A stretch of DNA of 64,000 nt from a virus, in IMG/VR virus record IMGVR_UViG_3300020048_000029, positions 88,687 through 152,686 of that record; one strand, 5' to 3'. Positions 28,248 to 35,680 of the stretch are shown here, piece after piece. A program made the translations under genes and the position numbers. The stretch's first letter is position 1. Every line of letters starts with the position of its first letter. Under the pieces are notes generated by a model. The model was not told the origin of the DNA, ran no database searches, and was given only the letters and a program-made list of their open reading frames with translations.

Positions 28248-28794
28248 TTACAAACCCTAATTTCCCAAGGTTGTTATCAACGCTGCAAGACCCATGTCTT
28301 ATTTGATTGATAATACCTTCAGCCTCATTTGCAACAGTATTGTACGGCACAATCTTAGACACATTGAACCCGTCAGTTCCGACAGCAGTTATGAGACAAG
28401 AGTGAGCTCCACCAATACGTTTTTCAATTCTGTAATCCAATTCTACAGAGATAACGTAGTCATACCTGTTAACAGAAAGAGTCTTTTTCATTATGTTGCT
28501 GCTGGGAAGCTTTAGCTCATGGAACTCGGCAAACATGCATCTTTCACTTCTGACATTTAAGCCATACGCCGGGTTCCACATATCATTTCTTTGAATGTAA
28601 GTTACACCGTCTTTAACGAAGAATGTCAGCAACGACATTGCACATTCAACAGCATCGCATTCGTGGCCAGATCTAAACTTGATACCAAACCTCTTTGCAA
28701 CTTCAAGGACTTTATTAGTGTCCTCGACAGTTTCGGTCCAGTACATACACTTGTCTGACAGATACTCTTCTACAAATTCTTCTCTTGTTCTCAT
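28240..28794 (-). CDS. Hypothetical protein
   Basis: ORF with AGGAG SD. Confidence 0.6.
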   Translation of the reverse strand: MRTREEFVEEYLSDKCMYWTETVEDTNKVLEVAKRFGIKFRSGHECDAVECAMSLLTFFVKDGVTYIQRNDMWNPAYGLNVRSERCMFAEFHELKLPSSNIMKKTLSVNRYDYVISVELDYRIEKRIGGAHSCLITAVGTDGFNVSKIVPYNTVANEAEGIINQIRHGSCSVDNNLGKLGFVNE

Positions 28795-28805
28795 TTGAGC
28801 TACTC

Positions 28806-29435
28806 CTATAAAATTTTACTTCTTCTTATGAAAACCTTGTCATACCCAAGATCTTCAAACAAATTATTTCCTTCACCGGAAATTGTGATGAGCTGTATCG
28901 ACTTCTTCCCTTTCTGTCGATAAACTCCTTCAATCATTTCCATCGATTTTTTGGCTATCCCTCTACCTCTGTACTTTTTTGAGATAAAAAGAGTATCGAT
29001 TACGATATTGTGTAAATCTGTAATTCTTACATATCCTGCAACTTTTTCTTTGAAGAATATGATACCAATTTTTTCAAATATTGGTATGACGACACTTTCT
29101 TTAGTGCGCTTTACAAGTCTTGGTGATTTTTTAGTAAGATCAGTCAAGCCTTTCGCACCTTTTATCTTTTTGAGCTTATTGAAGAAATACAATTCGCATT
29201 TGTTTACCATTTCAACATACTTTTCAATGTTGCCTTTGACAACTTTTTCACCGAACGCAATGGTAATTCCCGATCCGTTATTCAAGTACATCACTTCAAC
29301 TTCTTTTACAGTATCGTCACTTAACGGAGCAACATCGTCACTTAACGGAGCAACAACGCGCTTATTCCTCTTGAATTTCAATTGTAACTTCCTTTCTTTC
29401 AACTCCTGCAAGCTCTCTGTATTCATCATTGTCAA
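28806..29435 (-). CDS. GNAT-family acetyltransferase
   Basis: IDTLFISKKYRGRGIAK...NLFEDLGY. Confidence 0.7.
   Translation of the reverse strand: MTMMNTESLQELKERKLQLKFKRNKRVVAPLSDDVAPLSDDTVKEVEVMYLNNGSGITIAFGEKVVKGNIEKYVEMVNKCELYFFNKLKKIKGAKGLTDLTKKSPRLVKRTKESVVIPIFEKIGIIFFKEKVAGYVRITDLHNIVIDTLFISKKYRGRGIAKKSMEMIEGVYRQKGKKSIQLITISGEGNNLFEDLGYDKVFIRRSKIL
29313..29354. repeat. Perfect 21-bp tandem duplication (VAPLSDD x2)
   Basis: ATCGTCACTTAACGGAGCAAC twice. Confidence 0.9.
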
Positions 29436-29556
29436 CTACGCATGCACCTGGACATTCAATTGTAGTTTCATCAACATAATCTTCGTAGCAGATACCAAAA
29501 CCATCTGCATCAACAACTCTGCCATTGTAAATACAATCAACTTCTTTACAGCGCAT
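29362..29556 (-). CDS. Small acidic Cys-containing protein
   Basis: AAGGAG SD; coupled ORF. Confidence 0.5.
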   Translation of the reverse strand: MRCKEVDCIYNGRVVDADGFGICYEDYVDETTIECPGACVVDNDEYRELAGVERKEVTIEIQEE

Positions 29557-29893
29557 CTATGCTACTCCTTAGTTCGTCAATCACAGCAAGGACTTCATCT
29601 TTTCTAAGCCCTTTGCAATTTTTTGTTATAGTTTCTGATATGGCAATCTTCAGAAGCTCCTTGTCTTTGTTAGTAGGAACTGGATCGCCTTTTCTCCACT
29701 TCTTACAAACCCAATACTCACCATCCATTTTACCGTAAGCTTCCCACGCGAATATCGGGTTCCCGCTTAAAAAATATTCGCCTATTTTTGGCGACCCTCT
29801 ACGCACTACAATGGCGCCAATATTGGTGTTGTGCTGAGTAAGATTGTTGGTACCAATTCTGAATACTTTTCCTATCATAAACACCTCCTTCAA
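29546..29893 (-). CDS. Hypothetical protein
   Basis: Probable start at the MIGKVF ATG (AAGGAGGT SD). Confidence 0.6.
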   Translation of the reverse strand: MKEVFMIGKVFRIGTNNLTQHNTNIGAIVVRRGSPKIGEYFLSGNPIFAWEAYGKMDGEYWVCKKWRKGDPVPTNKDKELLKIAISETITKNCKGLRKDEVLAVIDELRSSIDAL

Positions 29894-29906
29894 TATAATT
29901 ATTCCA
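29887..29906 (-). promoter_or_regulatory. Early-type promoter motif
   Basis: TGGAATAATTATATTGAAGG. Confidence 0.5.
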
Positions 29907-29916
29907 AAAATATGGC

Positions 29917-29950
29917 TAAAAAAACGGCCCTATGTTTTCACATAGAGCCG
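29917..29950 (-). terminator. Intrinsic terminator after nrdJ
   Basis: CGGCTCTATG-TGAAAA-CATAGGGCCG followed by T7. Confidence 0.7.
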
Positions 29951-29971
29951 CACACTCCAACTTACAACTTC

Positions 29972-32536
29972 TCAGTTGCAGCCGGAATATCCACAGTCTT
30001 TACAAATTGAACACCCAGCAGAGTATTCCATATTGTCAGATCCGCATGACACGCATTTGTCATTAACCACCTTTTCCCCGTCGGATATTTTCGACGATAA
30101 GAATTTTCTTACCGCCGTCAAAAGTGACGAGATGTGATCGCCTTCTATGCCTTTAATCGCTCCAACAATATCAGGGATTGATATGTTGTGTCGAAGGCAT
30201 AGTGAGACCATCCTGGCAATCTTGTTATGGCCAGGCTGGTGATCCATCTTGTTTACAGTCTTGCTTACAATAGATGGAGACACACCTTTTGATATAGCCA
30301 TAGACTCAAGACTTGCAACAGCCTTCGTAACGTACTTCAACTCAGACCGCAGATTATTTGTATTAATCCACATCGCGAATGGGAACTTGAAATCGCTATC
30401 TTCAGGAAGATAGCTGAAGTTAATGTAGTACTTCTCGCCTTCTCTACGAATTACAGAAGTTGGTCCATTCACTAACTCAGAAGGACATTTCAAGTCTTCC
30501 GGTATAACTTCACGAACATCTTCAGATTCAATCTTACTTAGAACGGATGACATTGTGCCATCGCGATAAGTAGTAATCCCGATAAGACCACGCTTCCATG
30601 CCTGCATGTAAAGATCTTTGAAATCATCGAACGGATAATTGTTCGGAAGATTCACAGTCTTTGATATGCTCTGGTTGCAGTAGTACTGCGCAGCAGCCTG
30701 AACATCAATATGACTCTTAACAGACAAGCTGTTCGTTGTCACGATGTAGTCAGCATTAACATCTTCTGGGAAGTTTTCAAGAACCCAATTGTAACCATAA
30801 TCTCTGACAGGAGACTTCTTACAAAGTCCTCTTCCGCCTTTGTCAGGCTCGAAGTAATACGTTTCACCGTTATACTGGCCTTCATAAGCGAAGAATTTAT
30901 CCTTGTCACCAATCTCTACCTTCTTGAAGTCAGAGTAGATCATTTCATCAGAAAGACCGGCTGGATACTCTTTGCACACAGCTGTTCTGATATACTCTGT
31001 CATGAAGACCGGTTCGATTCCATTTGTCACATTGTCAAGGATTACCGAAGTGTTTCCAGTAGGAGCATTTGTGGTAGTCTTTGCATTGCGAACTCCGTGG
31101 GCCCGAATAAGATCTTTCACATCTTCATCAAGACGATCTGAAAGGAAGTATTCAGTGTTAAGATGCTTCTTAGCATTGTAAGCCGGGAAAGCGCCTTTTT
31201 CTTTTGCGAGAAGAGCTGATGTCCGCATTGTCTCATTCTCTTTGATCTTCGTAATTCGACTTACGAACTCAACAGCTTCCGGAGAATCATATCTCACACC
31301 AAGCATGAACAATGCAGATCCAACTCCGATAACACCCATCCCATATTGACGAAGGTTTTTCACAGCCCAGTCATAAGATGGTAACGGGAGATTTGTAATG
31401 TCGCAAACATTGTCAAGCATTCTTGCGAATACTCTCACATCTTCCGAGTAAGTATCAAAATCAAATGTCCTGTCAAGACCGATGTATTGAGTTAAGTTTA
31501 TGCTACCAAGTAGACAAACTGTTGTCAATTCAGGGTTTCCAGGTATCTCGCCACATGGATTCGTAGCATTTACACGGCCAAGGTACGACACAGGATTATT
31601 TCGCTGCATTGTATCAAGGTACAAAATTCCAGGTTCCGCGCGGTTGTAAGTCGATTCCATAATAAGATCGTAAAGGGCTTTCGCAGACACCGTCTTGTAG
31701 ACAACACCATTGAATACCAGATCCCACATTTTATCTTCAGCAACAGCAATCATAAAGTCATCGGTAACACCAACTGACATGTTGAATTTCGTAAGGACGC
31801 CAGACTTCTGCTTGGCTTTTACGAACTCCTCAATATCTGGATGGTCAACACGAAGAACTCCCATCAAAGCACCTTTGCGGATCTCTTTGATAACTTCTCC
31901 GCGGGCTTTGTCAACTGAGTCCTGGTCGAGAAAGTTAGTCAAAACATCTCGGTACCCATCTCCGTCACCTTTAACAACGCATCCAGCGACCGCATCGAAC
32001 ACTTCCATGAAAGTTGGAACTCCAGGATGTCTTACACCTGATCCACCGATTTTCGACCCTCTTGGACGAATCCATGAGAAGTCCATTCCCCATCCACCTT
32101 CAGAAGAAAGTGTCATAGCCTCTTCCATGATTGTCAGGAAGATGTTTGCCATGTTGTCCGGGGTTTCCGGAGTATTAATCTCTACAGGGATCAAAATCCC
32201 AATCTCGCCATTTCCGCGGGTATAGGAGATCTTCGCATTCTTAACAGGCCCAGAGATAAAGCAATTCATCAAAGTGGTACCATTATACTCTGTCCCGATA
32301 TTCGCTGTCACGCGACCTCCGGTAGAGCTTTTGATACCAACTGGAATTGAGTCCTCATCGAATTTGAGCATAGTCTTCATGAACCTGTTGAACCAGTACT
32401 CTTTGTCATCTTCTACTGATGCAAGAGCTGTACAAACTCGGCGAGCTGTACCAAAGAAATTCCGTTCACCAATGTAAGCATACTTTCGTCCCCAGTGTTC
32501 TTTTGCAAGGTCGGTTTTCAAAATTGTTTCAATCAT
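29972..32536 (-). CDS. nrdJ: Class II (adenosylcobalamin-dependent) ribonucleotide reductase
   Basis: TNPCGEI finger loop, APTGNTS, SISKTVN, GITTYRDGT; C-terminal Zn ribbon CVSC...CKDCGYSGC; no NrdB nearby. Confidence 0.88.
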   Translation of the reverse strand: MIETILKTDLAKEHWGRKYAYIGERNFFGTARRVCTALASVEDDKEYWFNRFMKTMLKFDEDSIPVGIKSSTGGRVTANIGTEYNGTTLMNCFISGPVKNAKISYTRGNGEIGILIPVEINTPETPDNMANIFLTIMEEAMTLSSEGGWGMDFSWIRPRGSKIGGSGVRHPGVPTFMEVFDAVAGCVVKGDGDGYRDVLTNFLDQDSVDKARGEVIKEIRKGALMGVLRVDHPDIEEFVKAKQKSGVLTKFNMSVGVTDDFMIAVAEDKMWDLVFNGVVYKTVSAKALYDLIMESTYNRAEPGILYLDTMQRNNPVSYLGRVNATNPCGEIPGNPELTTVCLLGSINLTQYIGLDRTFDFDTYSEDVRVFARMLDNVCDITNLPLPSYDWAVKNLRQYGMGVIGVGSALFMLGVRYDSPEAVEFVSRITKIKENETMRTSALLAKEKGAFPAYNAKKHLNTEYFLSDRLDEDVKDLIRAHGVRNAKTTTNAPTGNTSVILDNVTNGIEPVFMTEYIRTAVCKEYPAGLSDEMIYSDFKKVEIGDKDKFFAYEGQYNGETYYFEPDKGGRGLCKKSPVRDYGYNWVLENFPEDVNADYIVTTNSLSVKSHIDVQAAAQYYCNQSISKTVNLPNNYPFDDFKDLYMQAWKRGLIGITTYRDGTMSSVLSKIESEDVREVIPEDLKCPSELVNGPTSVIRREGEKYYINFSYLPEDSDFKFPFAMWINTNNLRSELKYVTKAVASLESMAISKGVSPSIVSKTVNKMDHQPGHNKIARMVSLCLRHNISIPDIVGAIKGIEGDHISSLLTAVRKFLSSKISDGEKVVNDKCVSCGSDNMEYSAGCSICKDCGYSGCN

Positions 32537-32907
32537 TTTGACACCCCTTCCTTACCCCACTGAACAACGAACCCAAGAAAATCATAGAGCGCCGGCCACA
32601 CCTTTTTGAGTCCGTACTTATGACCAAGATCGTTATCGTAATCTTCAGGGCTTACACATGAAGAAGTTGTTACGATTTCGAATCCTGTTATTATTTTCGC
32701 CGTAATCACAGCTGTCTTCTCGCCTGTTTTATGGGCGTTTGAATACTCAACCAAATTACTAACGTCTTCCTCGGTTATCTTATTGTCGTCTTTGACAAGA
32801 TTGAAAAACTGCTTCTCAAAAACACTTGATGGCATAGTAACGCCTGAGACCGTTACTGTTCCATCTTCGTTTACAACTGGATTACCAGAAATTACACCAA
32901 CTACCAA
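32533..32907 (-). CDS. Phage gp49/gp66-family protein (candidate nucleotide-signal sponge)
   Basis: KTAV...TGFEIVTTSSCVSPEDYD..LG...LGFVVQW matches the Phage_gp49_66 pattern. Confidence 0.7.
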   Translation of the reverse strand: MVVGVISGNPVVNEDGTVTVSGVTMPSSVFEKQFFNLVKDDNKITEEDVSNLVEYSNAHKTGEKTAVITAKIITGFEIVTTSSCVSPEDYDNDLGHKYGLKKVWPALYDFLGFVVQWGKEGVSK

Positions 32908-32917
32908 ACTATCCTCC

Positions 32918-33589
32918 TTAAGGCAACAAAACCGAGCGTAGCGATTCTGCTATGCACGGCACTTCAATTTTTTTAACAAGCTTCAGAAGATCACTTCTTA
33001 CACCTGTTATAACTGTCGCCATTCCAACACTGCAATCATCTCCGAAGACTCTTCTCTTAGCTCTCACGTAGTCAGCGTAGGCTATTTCGTCGATACCTTC
33101 GTACACAACAGGCGTCTTGATTGGTATGTGCTCAAACTTTAAGCAGTACTCATCAAGAAGGCCGTCGATGTCATCTTCGCCGGAATGGGTGAACAATATA
33201 GTTTCTGGACGAATAGCTTTTGGCTGATGTTCAGAAACTTCAAAGCTGAATGGCAGTTGTCCAAGTTCGTCATCCTCAAATGATCCGCCGCAATCATGGT
33301 GCATTGCGTAAAAGATCGCCTTATGAAGAAGTGACTTTACCTTGTTATAAACTGTCACACCACTGGCGTTCTGGAGGACCTGCTCATTAACATAGACGAA
33401 GACAAATCTGTCATGGGTAATCCGATACGGATACTCAAGCATTTCGTATAGTTCCTTGTCAGTAAAGCCTTGGAAATATCTCAGGGATCCAAGTCTTACC
33501 ATTTTTATTACTTTGAAGCAACACGAGTGCTTATCAAACAATCCATCTGTATCAAGAGCGTTAACAGACCTGCGGGCATAAGGCCTCAT
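32918..33589 (-). CDS. Hypothetical protein immediately downstream of the ncRNA array
   Basis: 223-aa ORF with AGGAG SD; no recognised motifs. Confidence 0.65.
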   Translation of the reverse strand: MRPYARRSVNALDTDGLFDKHSCCFKVIKMVRLGSLRYFQGFTDKELYEMLEYPYRITHDRFVFVYVNEQVLQNASGVTVYNKVKSLLHKAIFYAMHHDCGGSFEDDELGQLPFSFEVSEHQPKAIRPETILFTHSGEDDIDGLLDEYCLKFEHIPIKTPVVYEGIDEIAYADYVRAKRRVFGDDCSVGMATVITGVRSDLLKLVKKIEVPCIAESLRSVLLP

Positions 33590-33603
33590 TTTAACTCCTA
33601 AGT

Positions 33604-33637
33604 AAAAAAAAGACCTGCAAGCATTCGCTTACAGGCC
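33604..33637 (-). terminator. Intrinsic terminator ending the array transcript
   Basis: GGCCTGTAAGC-GAAT-GCTTGCAGGTC followed by T8, 2 nt after the last unit. Confidence 0.8.
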
Positions 33638-33639
33638 GA

Positions 33640-33797
33640 TCATCTTCTAATCGGGTGTGAGTACTGAGACGGAAGACTCCGGAGGCGATTTTTACCAGCT
33701 TTGCTGGTAAGGGGCGCCTCAGGTGTCATCCGTCTGGGTACAACCCAAACAATTCAAGTCTCCAGACCGAATCGGACTGGTAACAACATCAAGATGA
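33640..33797 (-). ncRNA. Array unit 1 (numbered left to right)
   Basis: + strand TCATCT|TCTAATCG ... CATCA|AGATGA; minus small hairpin CCAGTCCG-ATT-CGGTCTGG. Confidence 0.75.
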
Positions 33798-33798
33798 A

Positions 33799-33957
33799 AC
33801 TACCTTCTAATCGACTACACTGTGGCAGCGGAAAGACGTCCTGAGACCTATAGCTTCCTTGGAAGCGGCCAGGTCTCGGGTGGTCATCCGCTGCATCAGG
33901 TAGCAAGCGCAATATCAAACTGAACCGATACAGTTCAGCATACTTCATCAAGGTAGT
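33799..33957 (-). ncRNA. Array unit 2
   Basis: ACTACCT|TCTAATCG ... CATCA|AGGTAGT; CTGAACTG-TAT-CGGTTCAG. Confidence 0.75.
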
Positions 33958-34093
33958 GCTTTCTAATTGTGGAGATGTATCCATGGATGGCCCTGGGTAG
34001 CGCCTTGCGAAGCCCAGGGCCGTCTGTTGGATGCATCAGCAGTCAACAATAGCGATCCAAGTCGAAACGACATGGAAATACTCTTCAAAGCAC
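33956..34093 (-). ncRNA. Array unit 3
   Basis: GTGCTT|TCTAATTG ... CTTCA|AAGCAC; TCCATGTCG-TTT-CGACTTGGA. Confidence 0.75.
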
Positions 34094-34097
34094 GAGG

Positions 34098-34310
34098 CCC
34101 ATTCTAATTGCAACAGGAAGATGATTGCTATGGCAGAGCGTAGCCGGGGCGTTTCGCAGCGATCGGTTTTCGATTGGCGTAGCAAAGCGGAGCTTGTCGA
34201 AATCGATCGCTGCGAGGGAGCCTGCGGCGTAGTATTGCCATAGTAAGCATACACTGCTACTTCGGAAAATTAACCTTAAGCGAATCGCTCAAGAATACTT
34301 CATCAATGGG
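34098..34310 (-). ncRNA. Array unit 4
   Basis: CCCAT|TCTAATTG ... CATCA|ATGGG; CTTGAGCG-ATT-CGCTTAAG. Confidence 0.75.
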
Positions 34311-34311
34311 A

Positions 34312-34477
34312 GAATTCATTCTAATCGATAGGATGGAGTCCAGACATACCCTGACGACATGTGTTACGTGCTGCCAACAGCAGCACAGTAACTTATGTGT
34401 CAGGGTGTCTGGACTACAGCCCAAGTAACACGGAAGACCTGGCCCGAGACAGAACAGGATAACTCTTCAATGAATTC
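34312..34477 (-). ncRNA. Array unit 5
   Basis: GAATTCAT|TCTAATCG ... CTTCA|ATGAATTC; CCTGTTCTG-TCT-CGGGCCAGG. Confidence 0.75.
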
Positions 34478-34478
34478 A

Positions 34479-34676
34479 GCGTATTCTATTTGGGCGCAGA
34501 AATATCCCGTATGACATGTTGGAAAGCGGCCCGGGAAGGTTGCTTCCGTGGCGAAGCCCAGGGAGGAAGCTGCCTTCTTGGGAAAGCGGCCCAACGATGT
34601 CAATCGGGAAATTTACGCCTACTTGGAACAAAACGACTCAACCGAATCAGCTGAGGATAACACAACGTCAATACGC
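34479..34676 (-). ncRNA. Array unit 6
   Basis: GCGTAT|TCTATTTG ... CGTCA|ATACGC; CTCAGCTG-ATT-CGGTTGAG. Confidence 0.75.
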
Positions 34677-34830
34677 ACATTCTAATTGCAGATAGTTTCC
34701 TGGAGAGAGTGCTCACCTAAACCGGTAAAAGCCTTTAGGCTGGCACCGGTTGTGGTGTGCTACTTCTCCAGGACACTGCCAATAGTAAAAAACCGACTGG
34801 AAAGAAACTCTCCAGTAAAAACGTCAATGT
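34677..34830 (-). ncRNA. Array unit 7
   Basis: ACAT|TCTAATTG ... CGTCA|ATGT; ACTGGAGAG-TTT-CTTTCCAGT. Confidence 0.75.
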
Positions 34831-35065
34831 ACTCTAATTGTCGATTGAAGCACGCCGCGACGTCAGATGGTCAGGCGAGCGGGGCTGATTAGAATTTCTG
34901 TTCAAGATTTCTAATCTTGGACACAGAAATACAATCGGTCACGCGAGCCATACTTTTTCCTCCGGACCGCAGGGCCGGAAAAAGAGGCCATCTGCGTCGC
35001 GGCGTGTTCAACAATACCACTCGATGACCGTAGCGAGACACTACGGTATTTCATCATCAGTACAT
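34827..35065 (-). ncRNA. Array unit 8 (branched long arm)
   Basis: ATGTAC|TCTAATTG ... CATCA|GTACAT; ACCGTAGTG-TCT-CGCTACGGT. Confidence 0.75.
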
Positions 35066-35069
35066 CATT

Positions 35070-35288
35070 TTACGACAGGAAGTCGCGAAGCATTAGCTCG
35101 GTCATTGCACCGAACTTCCGCTTAACTTCTACACCGTCTTTTTTAAGAATCGTGAGAGGAACAGCTTTCACATCAGGATCGATAGATGAATCTAAGAAAG
35201 TGACGTCAGCCTCTATTCTTTCGAGTATCTCTCTATAAATCTTACAAGCACCGCACCACTCAGCCTCAAAAACAATAAGCTCAAACAT
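35070..35288 (-). CDS. Thioredoxin-like protein inserted within the array
   Basis: WCGAC active site, cis-Pro VP motif; AGGTG SD. Confidence 0.85.
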   Translation of the reverse strand: MFELIVFEAEWCGACKIYREILERIEADVTFLDSSIDPDVKAVPLTILKKDGVEVKRKFGAMTELMLRDFLS

Positions 35289-35299
35289 ATCACCTACTC

Positions 35300-35398
35300 C
35301 GTGTTCTAATTGGGCGTTCGAAACTAATCGGGGATTTGTTTCGTACCCAAGACTTTTTAATACCTGAGCCGAGTCAACCCAAGAACATATTCAACACG
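35300..35398 (-). ncRNA. Array unit 9 (shortest)
   Basis: CGTGT|TCTAATTG ... TATTCA|ACACG; CTTGGGTTG-ACT-CGGCTCAGG. Confidence 0.7.
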
Positions 35399-35512
35399 CA
35401 TTCTAATAGCGGCGGAGAGTCCCGGTGAAGAACGCGACATGGTCGCTGTTCTTACCGGGTGCCTTAACATAACTTGACCAGAGCGATTCACCCTGGAATT
35501 ACTCATCAATGC
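35398..35512 (-). ncRNA. Array unit 10
   Basis: GCAT|TCTAATAG ... CATCA|ATGC; CCAGGGTG-AAT-CGCTCTGG. Confidence 0.7.
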
Positions 35513-35674
35513 ATATTCTATTTGGTGGACATGCTTACGGAGATCCTGATTAGATTTTTAGTTATCTGGTTTTACCAAAACCAGATCACTCGGAATCTCA
35601 TCAGGATCTACAAGAAGCGCACCTATAAACAATTAAAGACTCGGATGAATCATCCGAGAGCGTCTTCAATATGC
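35511..35674 (-). ncRNA. Array unit 11 (first transcribed)
   Basis: GCATAT|TCTATTTG ... CTTCA|ATATGC; CTCGGATG-ATT-CATCCGAG. Confidence 0.75.
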
Positions 35675-35680
35675 TGAAAG

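Larger units (their letters stand above)
33640..35674 (-). repeat. Array of 11 structurally conserved retron msr-msd-like units (8 plus 3, split by a thioredoxin gene)
   Basis: Each unit has its own flanking inverted repeat, TGA 5' core, G-NNT-C hairpin, long variable hairpin and A(T/A)TAGA 3' core. Confidence 0.85.

Noticed and set aside
29972-32536. Intein or intron in nrdJ
   Set aside because: ORF is continuous, of ordinary length, and shows no intein terminal motifs around NPCGE.
32918-33589. Reverse transcriptase (YADY resembles YADD)
   Set aside because: Second catalytic Asp is missing, no other RT motifs are evident, and the protein is short.
33640-35674. CRISPR array
   Set aside because: No 23-50-nt near-identical repeats; the shared core is only ~7 nt; unit lengths vary from 99 to 239 nt; no cas genes in the window.
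33640-35674. tRNA cluster
   Set aside because: No cloverleafs and no consistent T-loop or CCA ends.
33640-35674. Hammerhead ribozymes or C/D-box kink-turns (TGATGA-like motif)
   Set aside because: The core is mostly UUGAHG rather than CUGANGA; no GAAA follows the small stem; the opposing strand gives G-G/A-A, not tandem sheared G-A pairs.
33754-35677. Short ORFs listed inside the array (33754-33984, 34031-34243, 34036-34254, 34400-34603, 34686-34892, 35474-35677)
   Set aside because: No evident SD, atypical composition and they cross unit boundaries; likely chance ORFs in GC-rich structured DNA.
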